Part shown: positions 14,177-27,660 of the stretch, one piece after another
Position numbering within the stretch: the first letter of the stretch is position 1
How the letters are laid out: each line of letters begins with the position of its first letter
Source of the DNA: Camelus dromedarius
Lineage: Eukaryota
Direction of reading: 5' to 3'
Assembly (NCBI RefSeq): GCF_036321535.1
Contig: NC_087437.1
Location: forward strand, 43,588,001-43,652,000
DNA: 64,000 bases
The notes under the pieces: model-generated
Told to the model about the DNA's origin: nothing
The model's input: only the letters and a program-made list of their open reading frames with translations
Database searches by the model: none
Made by a program: the position numbers and the translations under genes

Positions 14177-14276
14177 CTTTTTTAAATTTAAAATGTTGTA
14201 TTAGTTTCTGGTGTACAGCATCATAATTCAATTATATGTGTGTATATACATATTCTTTTTTAATATTCTTTTTCTC
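14177..14276 (-). mobile_element. Short L1 3'-end fragment
   Basis: 'aatgttgtattagtttctggtgtacagcat...atacatattctttt' is the reverse complement of the same L1 tail as at 12.1 kb; flanked by cataaatat (14168-14176, 14277-14285). Confidence 0.8.
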
Positions 14277-14321
14277 CATAAATATACAACTCTATGAAAA
14301 ATAATTTAAAACTAGATATCT

Positions 14322-14368
14322 CTTTTTTTTTCTTTTCTTATTGAAGTATGGTTGATTTACACTGTTGT
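14322..14368 (-). mobile_element. Very short L1 3'-end fragment
   Basis: T-tract followed by 'ttattgaagtatggttgatttacactgttgt', the reverse complement of the L1 terminus acaacattgtaaat.actatacttcaataa. Confidence 0.7.
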
Positions 14369-14587
14369 AAGGTGTCTCTTTTGATTGTCATCAGAGAGTT
14401 GTATGAAAAACATAGGCTTTGCGAGATTTAAAGTGTATTTTAATTTGCACACACTGCTCTTCTTTGTTCCTGAATTAAACAGCATCATGAACAAAATGAA
14501 TTTTGAGACAAAGCCTATTACATCTGTTATCATGAATATGCCCCCTCTGCATTGTTTCCCAATTGTAGGATTTGTTCCTTAAAAATA

Positions 14588-14661
14588 TTATGCTGTACAC
14601 CAGAAATTAACACAACATTGTAAATTGACTATACTTCAATAAAAATAAAATAATAAAAAAT
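14588..14661 (+). mobile_element. Short L1 3'-end fragment
   Basis: 'tatgctgtacaccagaaattaacacaacattgtaaattgactatacttcaataaaaataaaataataaaaaa'. Confidence 0.85.
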
Positions 14662-15439
14662 AGCACACTATGCTATGGGCCAAGAGAACTCTGATGTAGA
14701 ATGTGAACTCAAACTAGTTTCTACCCTTTCCTAGTAACTCATTAAGTGTTTTCAAGAGATCTTTTATCTTGAAAAATTAAATATTAAAGTCTTTAATTTC
14801 CTTCTGAGGCCACTAATAGAATTAGGTAGAATGAATTCATAAGCGTTTTTCAGAACTCTCCAATCATATACCAGCATCTCAAATCATATTTTACTTTGGG
14901 TTTTGGAATTTTCGGGTATTACATTACTCCCAAACGTGTAGTTACATCAATTGACTTACTCTTTAAGAGTCCCAGGACTCTCCTTGTCACCAATTTTCTC
15001 ACTTCTCACTCCAAGTTTTGTGACCTGGAAAGCTCATGTTCCACATGTCAGGGTCACCAACCTGAATGACAGTAACCCAATCCTGTCATTCTTCCTCCAA
15101 ATTTTTATTCCTATGCCAAATTATTAATCATTTTGGTTAATTTAATAACCTCTTTCTAATTTACTTGCTAGGCCCCAAATCCTAATGTAATACTTAGATA
15201 GAATTTATACTCAGATTTTTGGATCTTTGGATGGCGAGAGTTTTCCCAAGGCTTTCTCTATCAGGTCAGATACCTTTTCTGAAGTCTTCTGACCTTTAAA
15301 ATATCCACCTACTGCTTTAGTGGCATGGATATTGCAAGGAAAATTGTCAGTGAAATTCCACCCCCAGAGCCCTATAGCATCATTAACCCCTCCACTTCAC
15401 CTGTGCAGAGAGCATTAGCATTTACGAAGTGCCTCAATA

Positions 15440-15540
15440 TTTAACTGCTTAATTTGCGAGATACCACAAGTGATTTTCACCATTTTCAGAGTGAGGAAAA
15501 TGAGACTCAGAGGAGGTTAAAAGAGTTGCCCAAAGCAATG
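15440..15540 (-). mobile_element. MIR SINE
   Basis: Reverse MIR core 'cattttcagagtgaggaaaatgagactcagaggaggttaaaagagttgcccaaag'. Confidence 0.75.
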
Positions 15541-17608
15541 CACTCCCAGGATAATAAAGAGCCACACCATCCTGCTGGCTCCGTGCTAGAGATATCACAA
15601 TGCCTTCTTAACAGCTCTGCTGCCTTGCTTGCCACTGGCATGATCGCCAGTGAGAACATCTTTGGAATATTTCTCTCCTCCCAACTATGGTGAAAATGTT
15701 AGATTACTCTTTCCCATTTGCCACACTAGGCATGTGTTTTCTATATTAAATCCACATCTGTATCCATAAACAGCTAAGGCACACATTATTAGGGGGGTTT
15801 TGTACTTAACACACATCCATGAGTTCTGTTTTCATGTCAAATGTCCTGGCTCTGAAATCAGTTTTTGTTGAATATTGTATTCTACTACGTAGTTTACAAG
15901 TCATGTTGGAAAATGGGAACGTGCAATTGTATATTTTTTAGGGCAAAATACCCTTCACACTTTACCTTATGGTACTCCAGTAAAGCCTCATTAAATATAT
16001 TTGTATCAATTAAATATAGAATGCAGTCAAATAAGAATTTCCCTTACTCTGTTATCTACACATTCAGGATTTTTACAATAAAATTCTTCAAACAATTTTT
16101 AAAATTGTACTATCTTTAACTCTAGTCATGCATAGATATAAATAAAATAAACCACCAGTGGCATTTTAAAAGTTGCAACCATGATGCATGGAAAAACAGA
16201 ACTTGGCGTTTATAGTGAACAGCTTTTCTTCAGGCCATCAGCTGTAAGATTTCCTTTCCCTCTTGAGCAAACTGCCCCCTTGGGCAGGAGGAAGTCATCG
16301 CAGCTGAGTACTCTGATTTTTTTTTTTTTTTTTTTTGACAAAGATTATAAATTGTTTTGTGTGTGCCAGTGCAGAACAGTGAAGGAAGGGTGGATAAAGA
16401 CTTTGTGATACAGATTGCTGTCCAAAGGGAGCAGAACAGAGGCCAATAACATGATGTTTTCAATTGGACCTAAAAATCAAAAACATGCATCTCTAAATGC
16501 AAGTGTGTGCGTGCAATTACACACTCTCACACACTCATAGCTAACATCATTTGGCCATAATTTATACACATACCATATAGACAGAAAGAGTTCCTAGCAA
16601 TGTGTTTGACTTGCATGGTTTTAACTGTGTAGTGCTAAATTTTATGGAAGACATCAAATAAATAGTTGCCTAGTCAGGCCTAGAGTAGATTTTTATAATC
16701 TGACAAGCTATAAATATTTAATTTGAAATGATGCTATTGTGGAACAGAAGTAATTCAGAAAAATATATTATTATAACTGAACTGTGCTCCTATCTGTGTG
16801 CTTTACTGAAAATTTGGAAACTATTTCGGAACTTTTGGCCATATAGACATTCTACTTCAACAACAAATATATTCATGGAAAAAAATCTGGCAGGAAATTT
16901 ATCAACACATTATTTTTTTCCCAACTGAGGGTATTATGGGTGATTTTTCCCCTCACTTTATACATTTCTTTTCTCCCCAGTTTCCTACATTAAGTACATA
17001 TTTTATAGTTTTTTGGTTCTTAAAAGCTACTTTAGAAGTAACTAAGTAGAACACAAAATTTTAATATCCACTGAGAAACATTCATTTGTTAATGATTAGA
17101 AGCAATGGTCACACTGATAAGTGATAAATTCTATTTGATTCTTTTGTTCATAAGCTCCGTGATTGGTTTTACATATGTTTCACATGTGGTAAATATGAAG
17201 AAATAACTAAGTACAAGGCACTATCTTCAGCAAAGGAGAACATTATAGAAATTTATGAAACACAGTTCTTTTCAGTTTTATAATTAATAGCAGTAATCAT
17301 TTGGATACCAAGTAAGAGATGGTTTCTTTATTAACAAGTCTCAATATGAAGAAAAATGCAAGATTTTTTATTCAGTTATACTTCCTTACAGTCAAAATAT
17401 CATTTACTCATGACCTTTCATTGTGTTATAGTCTCAAGAAGTATGAGTAGTCATGACGGTGGAAGTAAAAGCATAGTCACAAATTAACAAAATTCTGATT
17501 TATTCTTCATGTTGGAATCAGTATTTAACCATGGCATAAGGACTCTCCAGGTAGTACTGCTCAATGGTGCATTTGGCTCATCATGGGAAATGAGAAGAGA
17601 GGATTGAG

Positions 17609-17795
17609 GAGAACACAGGACGCTCCAGACTCAGGCCCAAGAGGCAGTCTTTGTACTGCCTCTCAGTAGCTTTACGAATTTGCGCCAGTTCTTGAATTTC
17701 CCCTTGCCTCAGTTTTCTCATCTGTCAAATAGGTACAAAAAATCGTAACGGGCTTAACCGTGCCTGACATGGTAGGAAATTCATGATGAGGCTTA
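17609..17795 (+). mobile_element. MIR SINE
   Basis: Core 'gcctcagttttctcatctgtcaaatagg'. Confidence 0.7.
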
Positions 17796-18699
17796 ACAAT
17801 TATTATAGTTATTAGTGATTTCTACCAGTTATGGTTGTTGATAAAGGAAGCTCATGCAATACTCGTGGAGTATTCACAAATTATTTACAAAACGAGCTGT
17901 GCATTATTTGTTTTATAGTTGCCACTTTGAGTGCTATCTCTGTACTCACAAGAGTAAGTGAAAAGAAGAGCAAACTAGCTAATGGAGCAGAAGCTTTTCC
18001 CCTTGATTTATTCAGATAACTGACCCCAGAAGAGTATGCTTTTTTTAAAAAAAAAAAAAAACTTGAATTATAGTTACAGTTTTCTCCATTCTCCACACAG
18101 TGTGTGTAGTCAGCCTAGGTGTTACTCCATAGACCTGTTCCAACATCGACTCTGATTGATTTATCTGGAAACACCTCCAGGCCAAAACAAGAATGAAAAT
18201 AAACGGAACAGCTGAAAGCACCCTGCTGCAAGCAAGAGCTGCAAATGGAGGTTAAGAGTAATTGCTTTGGCGTAATTGTTATTTGTAATCTTAGAACAAA
18301 TGCAAATCTCCCATTAGGAGCAGTAAATCCAGTGCTTAAAGTAGAAGATGAGTATTTCACTGCCTGGCAATGGCAAGTCATGGCTGAATGCTAAATGCAG
18401 GGACATAAAAATTCCCTCGGGTCCTTCATTTGAACTAATAATGCAGGGGATGTGGTGGACCCAGGAGCACCTCCCAAAGTGAATATCGAGGTATGATTTA
18501 TTTCTTCTATGTATTTTTTCCCCAAGACATTTTATAAAAACGTCTTTGTAGTTACAAACTCTTCATGTGCTGGCTCCCATAAATACTTTATATTTATACT
18601 GAGTCTGGCTTCCAGGAAGCCTGATGTGCTTTTTATGGTTATGAGTATTCACACCTTCATAACTGAAGTAGATGATAAGGTGAAGTTATTATCTTTATT

Positions 18700-18820
18700 T
18701 TAAAGAGATGACAATAGAAATATTGAGAGGCTCAGTGACTTTCCCAAGGTTATAAAATAGATGCTAGATCTGGGAAGAGCATAAAGAATACATGATCTAA
18801 ACTCATTTTAACTACCACAT
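18700..18820 (-). mobile_element. MIR SINE
   Basis: 'attgagaggctcagtgactttcccaaggtta...ttttaactaccac'. Confidence 0.55.
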
Positions 18821-20769
18821 TATCGTTGTTCAGATTATTTTTTTAAGCGAGTAGGTTACTATTAGCAGTGAAATTATGATAATCATAGTGATAAACCAAA
18901 GGTGGTTGTTAGATTCCTCAAATACCTAACAATTACGGGGCCAAGATTAAACTAAAAGAAGCGCCATATTTATTTTGAATTGCTTGCCTCACAAAAGAAT
19001 AGTACTTTAAACTATTAAGTTAAAGCTTAGATGGATTAAATTGAGTTCTTGGCTACATAGCAGGCTACCTTGTTGTTTTCATTATGTAGAAACAATGAGA
19101 TTCCAAGGTCCAGGTCTACCTACAAGAATATTTAGAAATATGAGAAACTGCAGAAAAGACTTGGATCGGAGAAACTGAATATGTGTACTTGAGAAAGTGA
19201 TGGGGGCAGTGGGAGAGAAAATATATTGCAGTGTTGCAATAGAATAATGAAAAACATCGGTACTCAGACAGTTTCTGATGTATACACTGTCAGGGTCAAA
19301 TATCAAGCAGATTTTTTTCATCTCCTCAACTGAGATCATGCCACCTTAATATGCTTTGTTAGATGTTGGCAAGAAGGAAGGTTAGTGTGGTATAAGTGTA
19401 ATTTTAACTTAAAACATTTATTTGTTGATTTTTAAAGAATACCTTATCAACCCTTGAGAGGGAGGGGAACAATGCAGGGTCCATGGCAAAACCAGAGTAG
19501 TTACACTGCTTTAGACAAGCGAGTATGTTTGAACTCTAGAGAAATGCAACATTACCCTCAGACTGCTATCCCAATGTGATCTCAGCTTTCTCACAAGGCC
19601 CTTATAAGTTTACAAATAGAGTTTTAATTTGAAATCCATTTCTAAGGGGCAACGACCGACCATAAGGCAACCCTCCAGGACATTCTTCTAACTGGTGACC
19701 TCCTCCCGTGGAACCCACCTAGTGACAATGCAAAAGGGAGAGTGTCCTTTAGCATACATTAGGGAGATGAGAATCAGATATCAAGGATGCTGAAATCGCG
19801 GGCAATCATTTCCTCACAAAAACAAACCACCAATGACCAAGGGAAATTTTGCAGCTTTATCACTCTTTCTTCCACTTTCCTGTCGACCACAATGTGGTGG
19901 CAATTTTTGTGTGAATCTGACCTAGCTGAATGATTTGCATTTAGCTAACAAAGAAAATTAACAAGTGCAAATTTATTTTTGAGCTGTTTATAGAGAAATG
20001 TCATGCAATTATAGCAAAAGCAGCTGTGGAATTCAGAAATACTTTACAGGGTACAAATGGCTTTAATGAAGGGGCAAAGGTTGCTAATCTGTCCCCCTCT
20101 GAAAGCCTAATTCGAAGTTACTAATGATTTATGCATATAAAGCAAATGTGGGGAAAGGCTCAATTTAATTCTATTCCTATAAAGATGGTAAATCTCACCT
20201 TCATCCTCAGTTATCTGCTTAGTAATTAAGGATCCAGTTAATTTGTCTGAGATAATACCTCTATTCTGGGAGTGCCTACTTAGTACTAAGTGTGATGTCA
20301 ATTACAAGATGTTTATAAAAATAAATATGATAATATTCTTTACTTCCTGAAGATACAAGCAAGTAGAAGACTCAGACCATAAGAAAAGGAAAGGGCAGGC
20401 TCAAGAATAATGAGAGCCAAAAAAGACTGAAACTGTGGAGAAGGGAGAATGAATATGACTTAGCGTTTAAAAAAAATAGAAGAGGTATTTAAAAAGGCAT
20501 TTTGAAAGATCCGCTGGATTCTAACAAGTGATTGGAGTGCAGAGAAAACAGATTTACATTTGATTTCTTTCATCTCAGGCAAGGAGCAAGGATATAACTA
20601 AGTTGCTGTGTTTTCCATGTGAGAGACATGGTTTGCAAGAAATTACTGTGTACCTTGATCTGCCATAACCAGATGAGTGACACTTTATAACATTATTTAC
20701 CTGTATTTTCGATACAGCAAACCTTCTCTTGACACGGCATCCTGCTGCCACATGGAGCAACATAAATTT

Positions 20770-21190
20770 ACTGAATAAACCATCTAACTCACCCTCCTAA
20801 GCCTTCTCCACATGGTTTCCTTGGTGCCTGGAAACCCGTCCCACCCTCCCTTCTTCTCCACCGAACATATGCACATCTACCTGACTATTTATTAGATTTT
20901 AAAGGCCCAGAGGGGAATCCCCTCTTCTGAGAAGTATTTTCTGAAACCACCCATCACAAGTTGAAAGTAAACATTCCTCCTCAGGGCCACACATCCCACT
21001 GCTGATACCTGTACCACAGCACTGGCGTCATTCTGTTTCCGTTGTCAGTTTGTTTTTCTGTCTCCTCCATTAGACCGTAAATTCCTTGAGGGCAGAGACC
21101 GAATAATATCAGATGAGTCTTTTTATCTAAACACCTGGAAAAGAGCCTGCCTTATCGAAGGCACTAACTCAGTAAATATTTGTTGACTGG
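20770..21190 (+). mobile_element. L2 LINE 3' end
   Basis: 'ctgtctcctccattagaccgtaaattccttgagggcagagacc...cagtaaatatttgttgactg'. Confidence 0.75.
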
Positions 21191-21687
21191 GAAAAACAAA
21201 AAGAGAAAAATGCAGAAAGAATGTCTCTGAACACATTTGGAATCTCATCTCATCTAAACTTTTGTTTTCCAGTAAAACCAGTAGATGGTTGTATTCACCT
21301 CACCTATATGTCCTCTACTTTCTCTCACCTTCACTTTTCAGAACCTACCCATCTTTCCTTCTACATATTTCTTTTCCATTGCCTCTTCTTTTTTTTTTTT
21401 AATCTCTACTATCATTGCTTTAATGCAGTACCTCATTTTCACCTGTACAATATTGCAATAACCTCTTAACTGGTCTCCCAGTTGCAATAAATGTCTATTA
21501 AATTGAAATGGTTGAATTGTTTAAAGCAGCACTCTTATTCTGAAAATAAATCAACCTACAAGTACCTGTTACCCACCCACTATATGCGCTATTATGTGCT
21601 TTGGGGGAGTTGGACGAAGCAGAGCATAGAAACTACCACTCTACTCCCAAAACACTATAATGTGGGCATGGAGAACCGCAAAAACAT

Positions 21688-21844
21688 AAGCTTCTCAAAG
21701 TGCATCGTACATACAAATCACCTGGGGTTCTTACTGAAATACAGATTCAGTAGGTCTTGGGTGACACCTGAGATTTTGCAATTCTAACAGGTTCTAGGAT
21801 GATGCTGGTGTCCCTGGTCTGTGCACCATCTTTTCAGTAGAAAG
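21688..21844. mobile_element. MER5A-like hAT-Charlie MITE
   Basis: 'ttctcaaagtgca...aatcacctgggg..ctt..tgaaatacagattcagtaggtct...tttgcaattctaacagg..ctaggatgatgctg'. Confidence 0.75.
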
Positions 21845-23860
21845 ATATTAAAACCCATTAAATGCCTTAGAGTGGCCTCATGGTGAAGATTCTCAAGGTG
21901 GGCAGTGTTCAGAGGCAGTAGGAGATAGAATGAAACAGTCTCCAGGTTGAGAGAAGAATGTAAGCTGGGAAGATGGACATCCACACCCTCCCAACTTCTG
22001 GTTCATTCTTAAGAGCTGGCTCACTTCTCATCTCCTCGCTAAAGCCTCCCTGAATCTCCCTGGCACAATCACACTCCCGCTCTTCTTCCCAACTCCCTTC
22101 TTATCTGTCTTCTAAACTATACCCAGAAAGCTCTTTCTAAAAGCAACAAGGAATGGGAAGAGAGATATTTATTACTTACACATTGTCTCTGTTCCCCTGC
22201 ACACACACACCCGCACAGACACGTGCACATGACATTCATAATTGAAGCTGTCCTAAAAAAAATCCTACCAAATTTGAGCTCATCTCCAGAAATTAGCAGA
22301 AAAGGCAGGAAAGTGTGTGAGTACTCCTTCTTTTCAGGTCACTTCATTATTTGCCTGGGTCCTGGAAGTCGTGTCTCAGATATTGGATTGGAGTGAAATG
22401 AAAGGTCTCGTGGGAAGAGCAGTCAATGTTCCCTCTATTTACAGATGGCATGGCTGTGCTTATAGACAACATATGTGAATTATTATTTTTCAGCTGAAAG
22501 CGAAGCTCAACTTTGAATATCAGGGAGCAATTCGAAGATGATCCTGAATAAAAATAAATCATGCCTCATAGCAACTCCTGAGACAGCGACATGAATGATC
22601 ATACTGGTAAAAGAGAAAGATATCTTTAGCATCTTTTCTAGACCACCACTCAATAGGAAAATATAAAAGGCAAAAACACTAGACAAAGTGATAAGCAAAC
22701 ATGAAAAATTTTAAAGATTACCAGCCATTTACACTGAATGCATTATATTATCAGAATTATTGTTACTCAGAAACCCCACATTGTTAATATAAAAGGAACT
22801 GGGCAATGAGTAAAATGATATAAAAATGTTCAGTATATATCACTCCAAACAAAAAGCACTAAAGCAAAAATTAATGTAAATAGATATGTCAGTGGGCAAT
22901 TATTCATATTGTAAAGAGTAGTGTCACGTTACATAGGAATTAATCTCAGGGCTACCTCAAATCACTCTTGTAAAGAAAATAAATATGTGTAATTTAAGAA
23001 ATTGAATATGTGTAATTTATTTCTCCCCCTTCCAAAATTATAATAATACTTTTCTATATCATGCTTCATTTTAATCTTTTAATCCCCAGTACTTTAGAGT
23101 GCTTATCAGGCTGTTAAGGTCAATATGTTTTGGAGTTGAATGAAGATGATTTATAACTAGTTACCATATCTACCAGTACAATCATCTACCTATATCCTGA
23201 GCACTGTGATGAAGGAAATACAAGAAGCAGAGGACATCGACGCTGCCTACCTTCCTGGGCATTAAAGTGTAGATGGAAGATGGTATTAATGGTGAGAACA
23301 GTGAGGAACTGTGGGAGCCAGGGTATAAGCTCTGTTAGGTAGTGCAGAATGAAACTGCTGCTGGGATTCAGTGTTGAGGAGTTCTACAATTTGGGCATGG
23401 TTTCATGGATTGGGGATGAAAAGATCCAAAAGACTTCAGGAGGAACTAGACATGAAGTAAAGTCCAGAGTCAAGAGATGTGAGATGTGAAGCTCTTCAGG
23501 GTCAAGAAAGGTCATGATCATAGAGCTAGAAACAGGGATGAGTATAGTACACAGTCAGGTGGTTGTCGCACAACTAAGATAGAAGTGGGACCCTTTAGAA
23601 TTGGGACATCCACAACCTGCCCAATTGTATTCAGAGGCCCTGCCTACAGCTCCCTGAACATGCTGTGCTGTTTTAAGCCTCCTTAAACTCACTTGATTCC
23701 ATCCTTTGAGACCCAAACATTTTAGCCTCTGTGAACCCTTTCGGGTTCAGATCTTCAACATCCCACCACACTCTGTACATCTATTATCAGTTCTCTCCAT
23801 AAGCCATGATTGTATACAATCCAACCAACTTCTCAATGATCCTCCCCACATATTCTAAAC

Positions 23861-24068
23861 CAGCACTGTCTGATAGAACTTTCTGTGATGATGAAAATAT
23901 ATCTGCATTTTCCAATACATCAGCCTCTAGCCACAGTGGCTACTGAGCACCTGAAATGTGGCTGTTACAGAGGAAATGAATTCTTTTTATTTTATTGAAT
24001 TTTAATACAGTAAAATTAAAATTTAACTAACCACATGTGGCTAGTGTCTCCTGTATCAGACAGTACAG
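23861..24068. mobile_element. MER3-like hAT-Charlie MITE inserted in an L2
   Basis: Terminal inverted repeats cagcactgtctgata / tatcagacagtacag; 8-bp TSD-like flanks ttctaaac / ttccagac; internal 'gatagaactttctgtgatgatgaaaat', 'ccacatgtggctagtg'. Confidence 0.85.
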
Positions 24069-24200
24069 TTCCAGACTCTGAGCTTCTTGAGGGAAAGAGC
24101 TGAGTATTAGCTATCATCCATAGACCTCAGCATGTTCGGTGGTGGCTTGTATTCAATCAAGTATTCAAGAAAATCTTGTTGAATGAATAAATGAATGAAT
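24069..24200 (+). mobile_element. L2 3' terminus (host of the MER3)
   Basis: 'agactctgagcttcttgagggaaagag...ttgttgaatgaataaatgaatgaat'. Confidence 0.75.
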
Positions 24201-24361
24201 GGTCAAGTCTGAGTGGATCCCAGTGTGTACTTGATAAAGTAATGAACAGAAATATTAGATCTGTGAAAAAGTTACAAATTTTAATGGCACCTAAAATAAG
24301 TGTTGAAAGATGAGAATGGAAAGTAATGAGGCATGGAGTTTAATTTTAAATAATAATTGGC

Positions 24362-25150
24362 CGTCATTCAAAAATCCACAAATGACAAATGCTGGAGAGG
24401 CTGTGGAGAAAGGGGAAACCTCCTACACTGCTGGTGGGAATGCAGTTTGGTGCAGCCACTATGGAAAACAGTGTGGAGATTCCTCAAAAGACTAGGAATA
24501 GACTTACCATATGACCCAGGAATCCCACTCCTGGGCTTGTATCCAGAAGGAACCCTACTTCAGGATGACACCTGCACCCCAATGTTCATAGCAGCACTAT
24601 TTACAATAGCCAAAACATGGAAACAGCCTAAATGTCCATCAACAGGTGACTGGATAAAGAAGATGTGGTATATTTATACAATGGAATACTACTCAGCCAT
24701 AAAAACCGACAACATAATGCCATTTGCAGCAACATGGATGCTCCTGGAGAATGTCATTCTAAGTGAAGTAAGCCAGAAAGAGAAAGAAAAATACTATATG
24801 AGATGGCTCATATGTGGAATCTAAAAAACAAAAACAAACAAACAAACAAACAAAAACAAAGCATAAATAAAGGACAGAAATAGACTCACAGACAGAGAAT
24901 ACAGACTTGTGGTTACCAGGGGGTGGAGGGTGGGAAGGGATAGACTGGGATTTCAAAATTGTAGAATAGACTACACTGTATAGCACAGGGAAATATACAC
25001 AAAATGTTATGATAACTCACAGAGAAAAAAATGTGACAATGAGTGTGTATATGTCCATGAATAACTGAAAAATTGTGCTGAACACTGGAATTTGACACAA
25101 CATTGTAAAATGATTATAAATCAATAAAAAATGTTAAAAAATAAATAAAT
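24362..25150 (+). mobile_element. Young 5'-truncated LINE-1 (intact ORF2 C-terminus, 3' UTR, A-rich tail)
   Basis: Open 155-codon frame 24357-24824 with the ORF2 Cys-rich motif [18 protein letters not shown] and WKQPKCPS..WIKKMWYIYTMEYYSA; aataaa and (AAAT)n tail; degenerate TSD aaataataattggc / aaataaatattggc. Confidence 0.95.
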
Positions 25151-25269
25151 AAATAAATATTGGCAATGGTAGCCTAGAATAGAAATTAATGGAAAAATCT
25201 GCTGAATTTTTATATTTAGATTTAAACTGCATTTATCCCTTTAGATTATACTTTCTTCTTTATATCTGT

Positions 25270-25385
25270 CTTCGCACACTAGGTTGAGACCTTCTTGAGA
25301 ACAGGGACTCATCTCACTGTATCTCCAGCTCCTAACATAAAGCCTAGAACATAGTGGGCACTCCATAAATGTTTATTGGATAAGG
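25270..25385 (+). mobile_element. L2 3' terminus
   Basis: 'cactaggttgagaccttcttgagaacagggact...tgtatctccag...cctagaacatagtgggcactccataaatgtttattgga'. Confidence 0.75.
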
Positions 25386-26437
25386 GAAATAAACTATATT
25401 AATAAAACTAGCAGAATTGATGTTCAAGAAGGAAAGAGCTTTTGCAAAGGCCCTAAGAGACTATCATCAATAAAGCATCCTGCAGCTTCTGCTTTATGTG
25501 TGCATTTACACCTGGTGCTTGAGAAACCTGCAAGTGTTACTTCAAATCACTTTTCCTGAAACAAAATCACCATTATCTTTTTCTCCCTGTCCCCTACCTG
25601 TTGTTCTATATAGTCCCGTTGTTTTCAGTTTTAAATTTCAGCTTCTTTGGCTCTTTTACTACTTTCTTTTAGTATTTTTGTGAACTTAAGAGAATGGAAT
25701 GGAGTTTCTTTTATTTTCTCATGGTAGGTAGTTAGCATTATGCAGGGCTAAAACATCACCAAGGACTAATCAGAACAAATTGCAGGAGTTTTGCCTAATG
25801 CTTGTGCATCAGACCTAAGAGGTTGACTAGCATATCCAATTGATCATTTCTGCTAGATTAGAGTCTGGTTTATGTTCGTCAGTCAGTGCTGCTTCTCGAA
25901 CATAGCTTTTTACCCTGTCATGTTAGAAGGAATTGTTTTCACTTCTCCCTTGAGAGGTGTCAGGTTTGAACGGGGCTCTAGGAGGAGGTGAGAGAGAGCA
26001 GCAGGAGGGATTCTGGTTGAGCCACATTGAGCAGAGGGGTGTGGCTGGAATTTTAGTTCTTCACATCTTCTCAGAGTGCAGACATTCCAATTGCTGTCTC
26101 TTGGACAACTTCTGAGTTTAATACCAGCAAAAATACATACATACATATATACATACATAAAATTTTTAAAAGAAGTGTCAAATTTGGCTACTATCTTTAC
26201 TTTTTTTTTCCTTCCTCCAAGTGGTCAGGAATAAATAAGCAAGCAGGTCTTTGATTGTTGATGTTTAAGTTAGACATGGTAATTCCAAAGCTATTTATTG
26301 AGCACTTGCTTTGCATGTTCTAAGTGCTTTGAGGGATAGAGAGGTCAATCATGCATGAATCTGAACTCAAAGAATACGGTCTCTTTTGGAACTTAAAATA
26401 TGTATACATTAGTTACAAAGCAGAAATTAATAAATTT

Positions 26438-26600
26438 AGCACAGTGGTTTAGAGCACAGACCTGAGGAAGCAGCCTTGGATTTGTACCTTGCCTCCCATA
26501 TTAGATACTACATGACTTTAAATAAGATACATTAACCTCTCTGAGCTTTATTTTTCTCATCTGCAAAATGAAGACTACTGATTTTTTCTTTGGATTATTG
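26438..26600 (+). mobile_element. MIR SINE
   Basis: 'agcacagtggtttagagcacagac...ttaacctctctgagcttt..tttctcatctgcaaaatg'. Confidence 0.75.
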
Positions 26601-27564
26601 AGCTATAATCTGAATAAAGCCAGACCGTCTGGTGGAGGATGAGAGAGGCCAAGCATGTGTGTACCTTACCATTGTTCTGTCCCCAGCACACATAGCACAC
26701 ACTTAGCCAGTACCTGGCACAAAGCAGGGTGCTTTCTGAATTTAGAAAGATCAAAGTGTTTTTGCTGTATGGATTACCTGAATTTTATCTGAGACAGAAA
26801 GATTGATGGGATTTCGATGTAGAAAATTCAAAGGCAAGGTGTAAGGAGAAGGGCATTGACTGTGCACAGTAATTCAAAGGCCAGGAGACTTGGTGTAGAT
26901 GATTCGTTTTCTTAATAATAATATCTATCTAAATATCGAGTGTCTATACTGTATGAAGCAGCATGGTAGGTGCCTTGGGGAAGGATGACACAATTATAAA
27001 TGATCTCTGTTCTCACAAGAGTAACTAACTAGTAGAGGAAAATATGTACAAACATCATGGTGGGAGGTAAGAAGGAAAGGGGCCACAGGACAAGGACTCA
27101 GAGATGCTGAAGTGTGAAAGTAGCATCCTTGATATCTCAAATCCTTCAGGATGCATCCTGCCTTGAACACTGTTCCAGTCCCATGGAAATAGTTGATTAT
27201 TTTATTCTCATCTAGTAATTAGATCAGGGGCCAAAGAGAACAACTTCAAATCCCATCCTAGTGACGTGCTTATTAGCTCAGATCAGAGGGTTAGGGATGT
27301 GTAAGCATAGAGCTGTTTAGGAAACTCGGCAACCATAATAGGGAGTCAACCAAACCCAACCAAGTCCCAAAAAAGCCTGCAGACTTTAGGATGAGGCCTC
27401 TAGATGGAGAGCTTCTTGGAAGTCATGAATGATGACATGAACTGTATCTAGCTCCACCTTGACTTGATGGGCTCCTGGGAGAAACGTTCCCTGCCCTCTG
27501 CTCACGGTTTTCTCATTAGTTAAAGTAATATTGTGGGTTTGCTGGGAGGATGGGCTCCTAGATG

Positions 27565-27660
27565 CTAGGGACAGTGCTTCAGTTACCTTTGTATCCTCCA
27601 CACCAAGCACAGCTCTTAGAGCGTAGTAGATACTCATTACATATTTATGAATGAATCAAC
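27565..27660 (+). mobile_element. L2 3' terminus
   Basis: 'ctttgtatcctccacaccaagcacag...gtagtagatactcattacatatttatgaatgaat'. Confidence 0.7.

Noticed and set aside
18447..18496. Plus-strand donor GAG|gtatga after a DVVDPGAPPKVNIE frame
   Set aside because: No polypyrimidine acceptor, and an in-frame stop lies just upstream.
22982..23019. 15-bp direct repeat aatatgtgtaattta
   Set aside because: Trivial local duplication in AT-rich DNA; only two copies, not an array.
24357..24824. 155-aa ORF as a host gene
   Set aside because: It is the truncated L1 ORF2 C-terminus with no promoter or ATG start.
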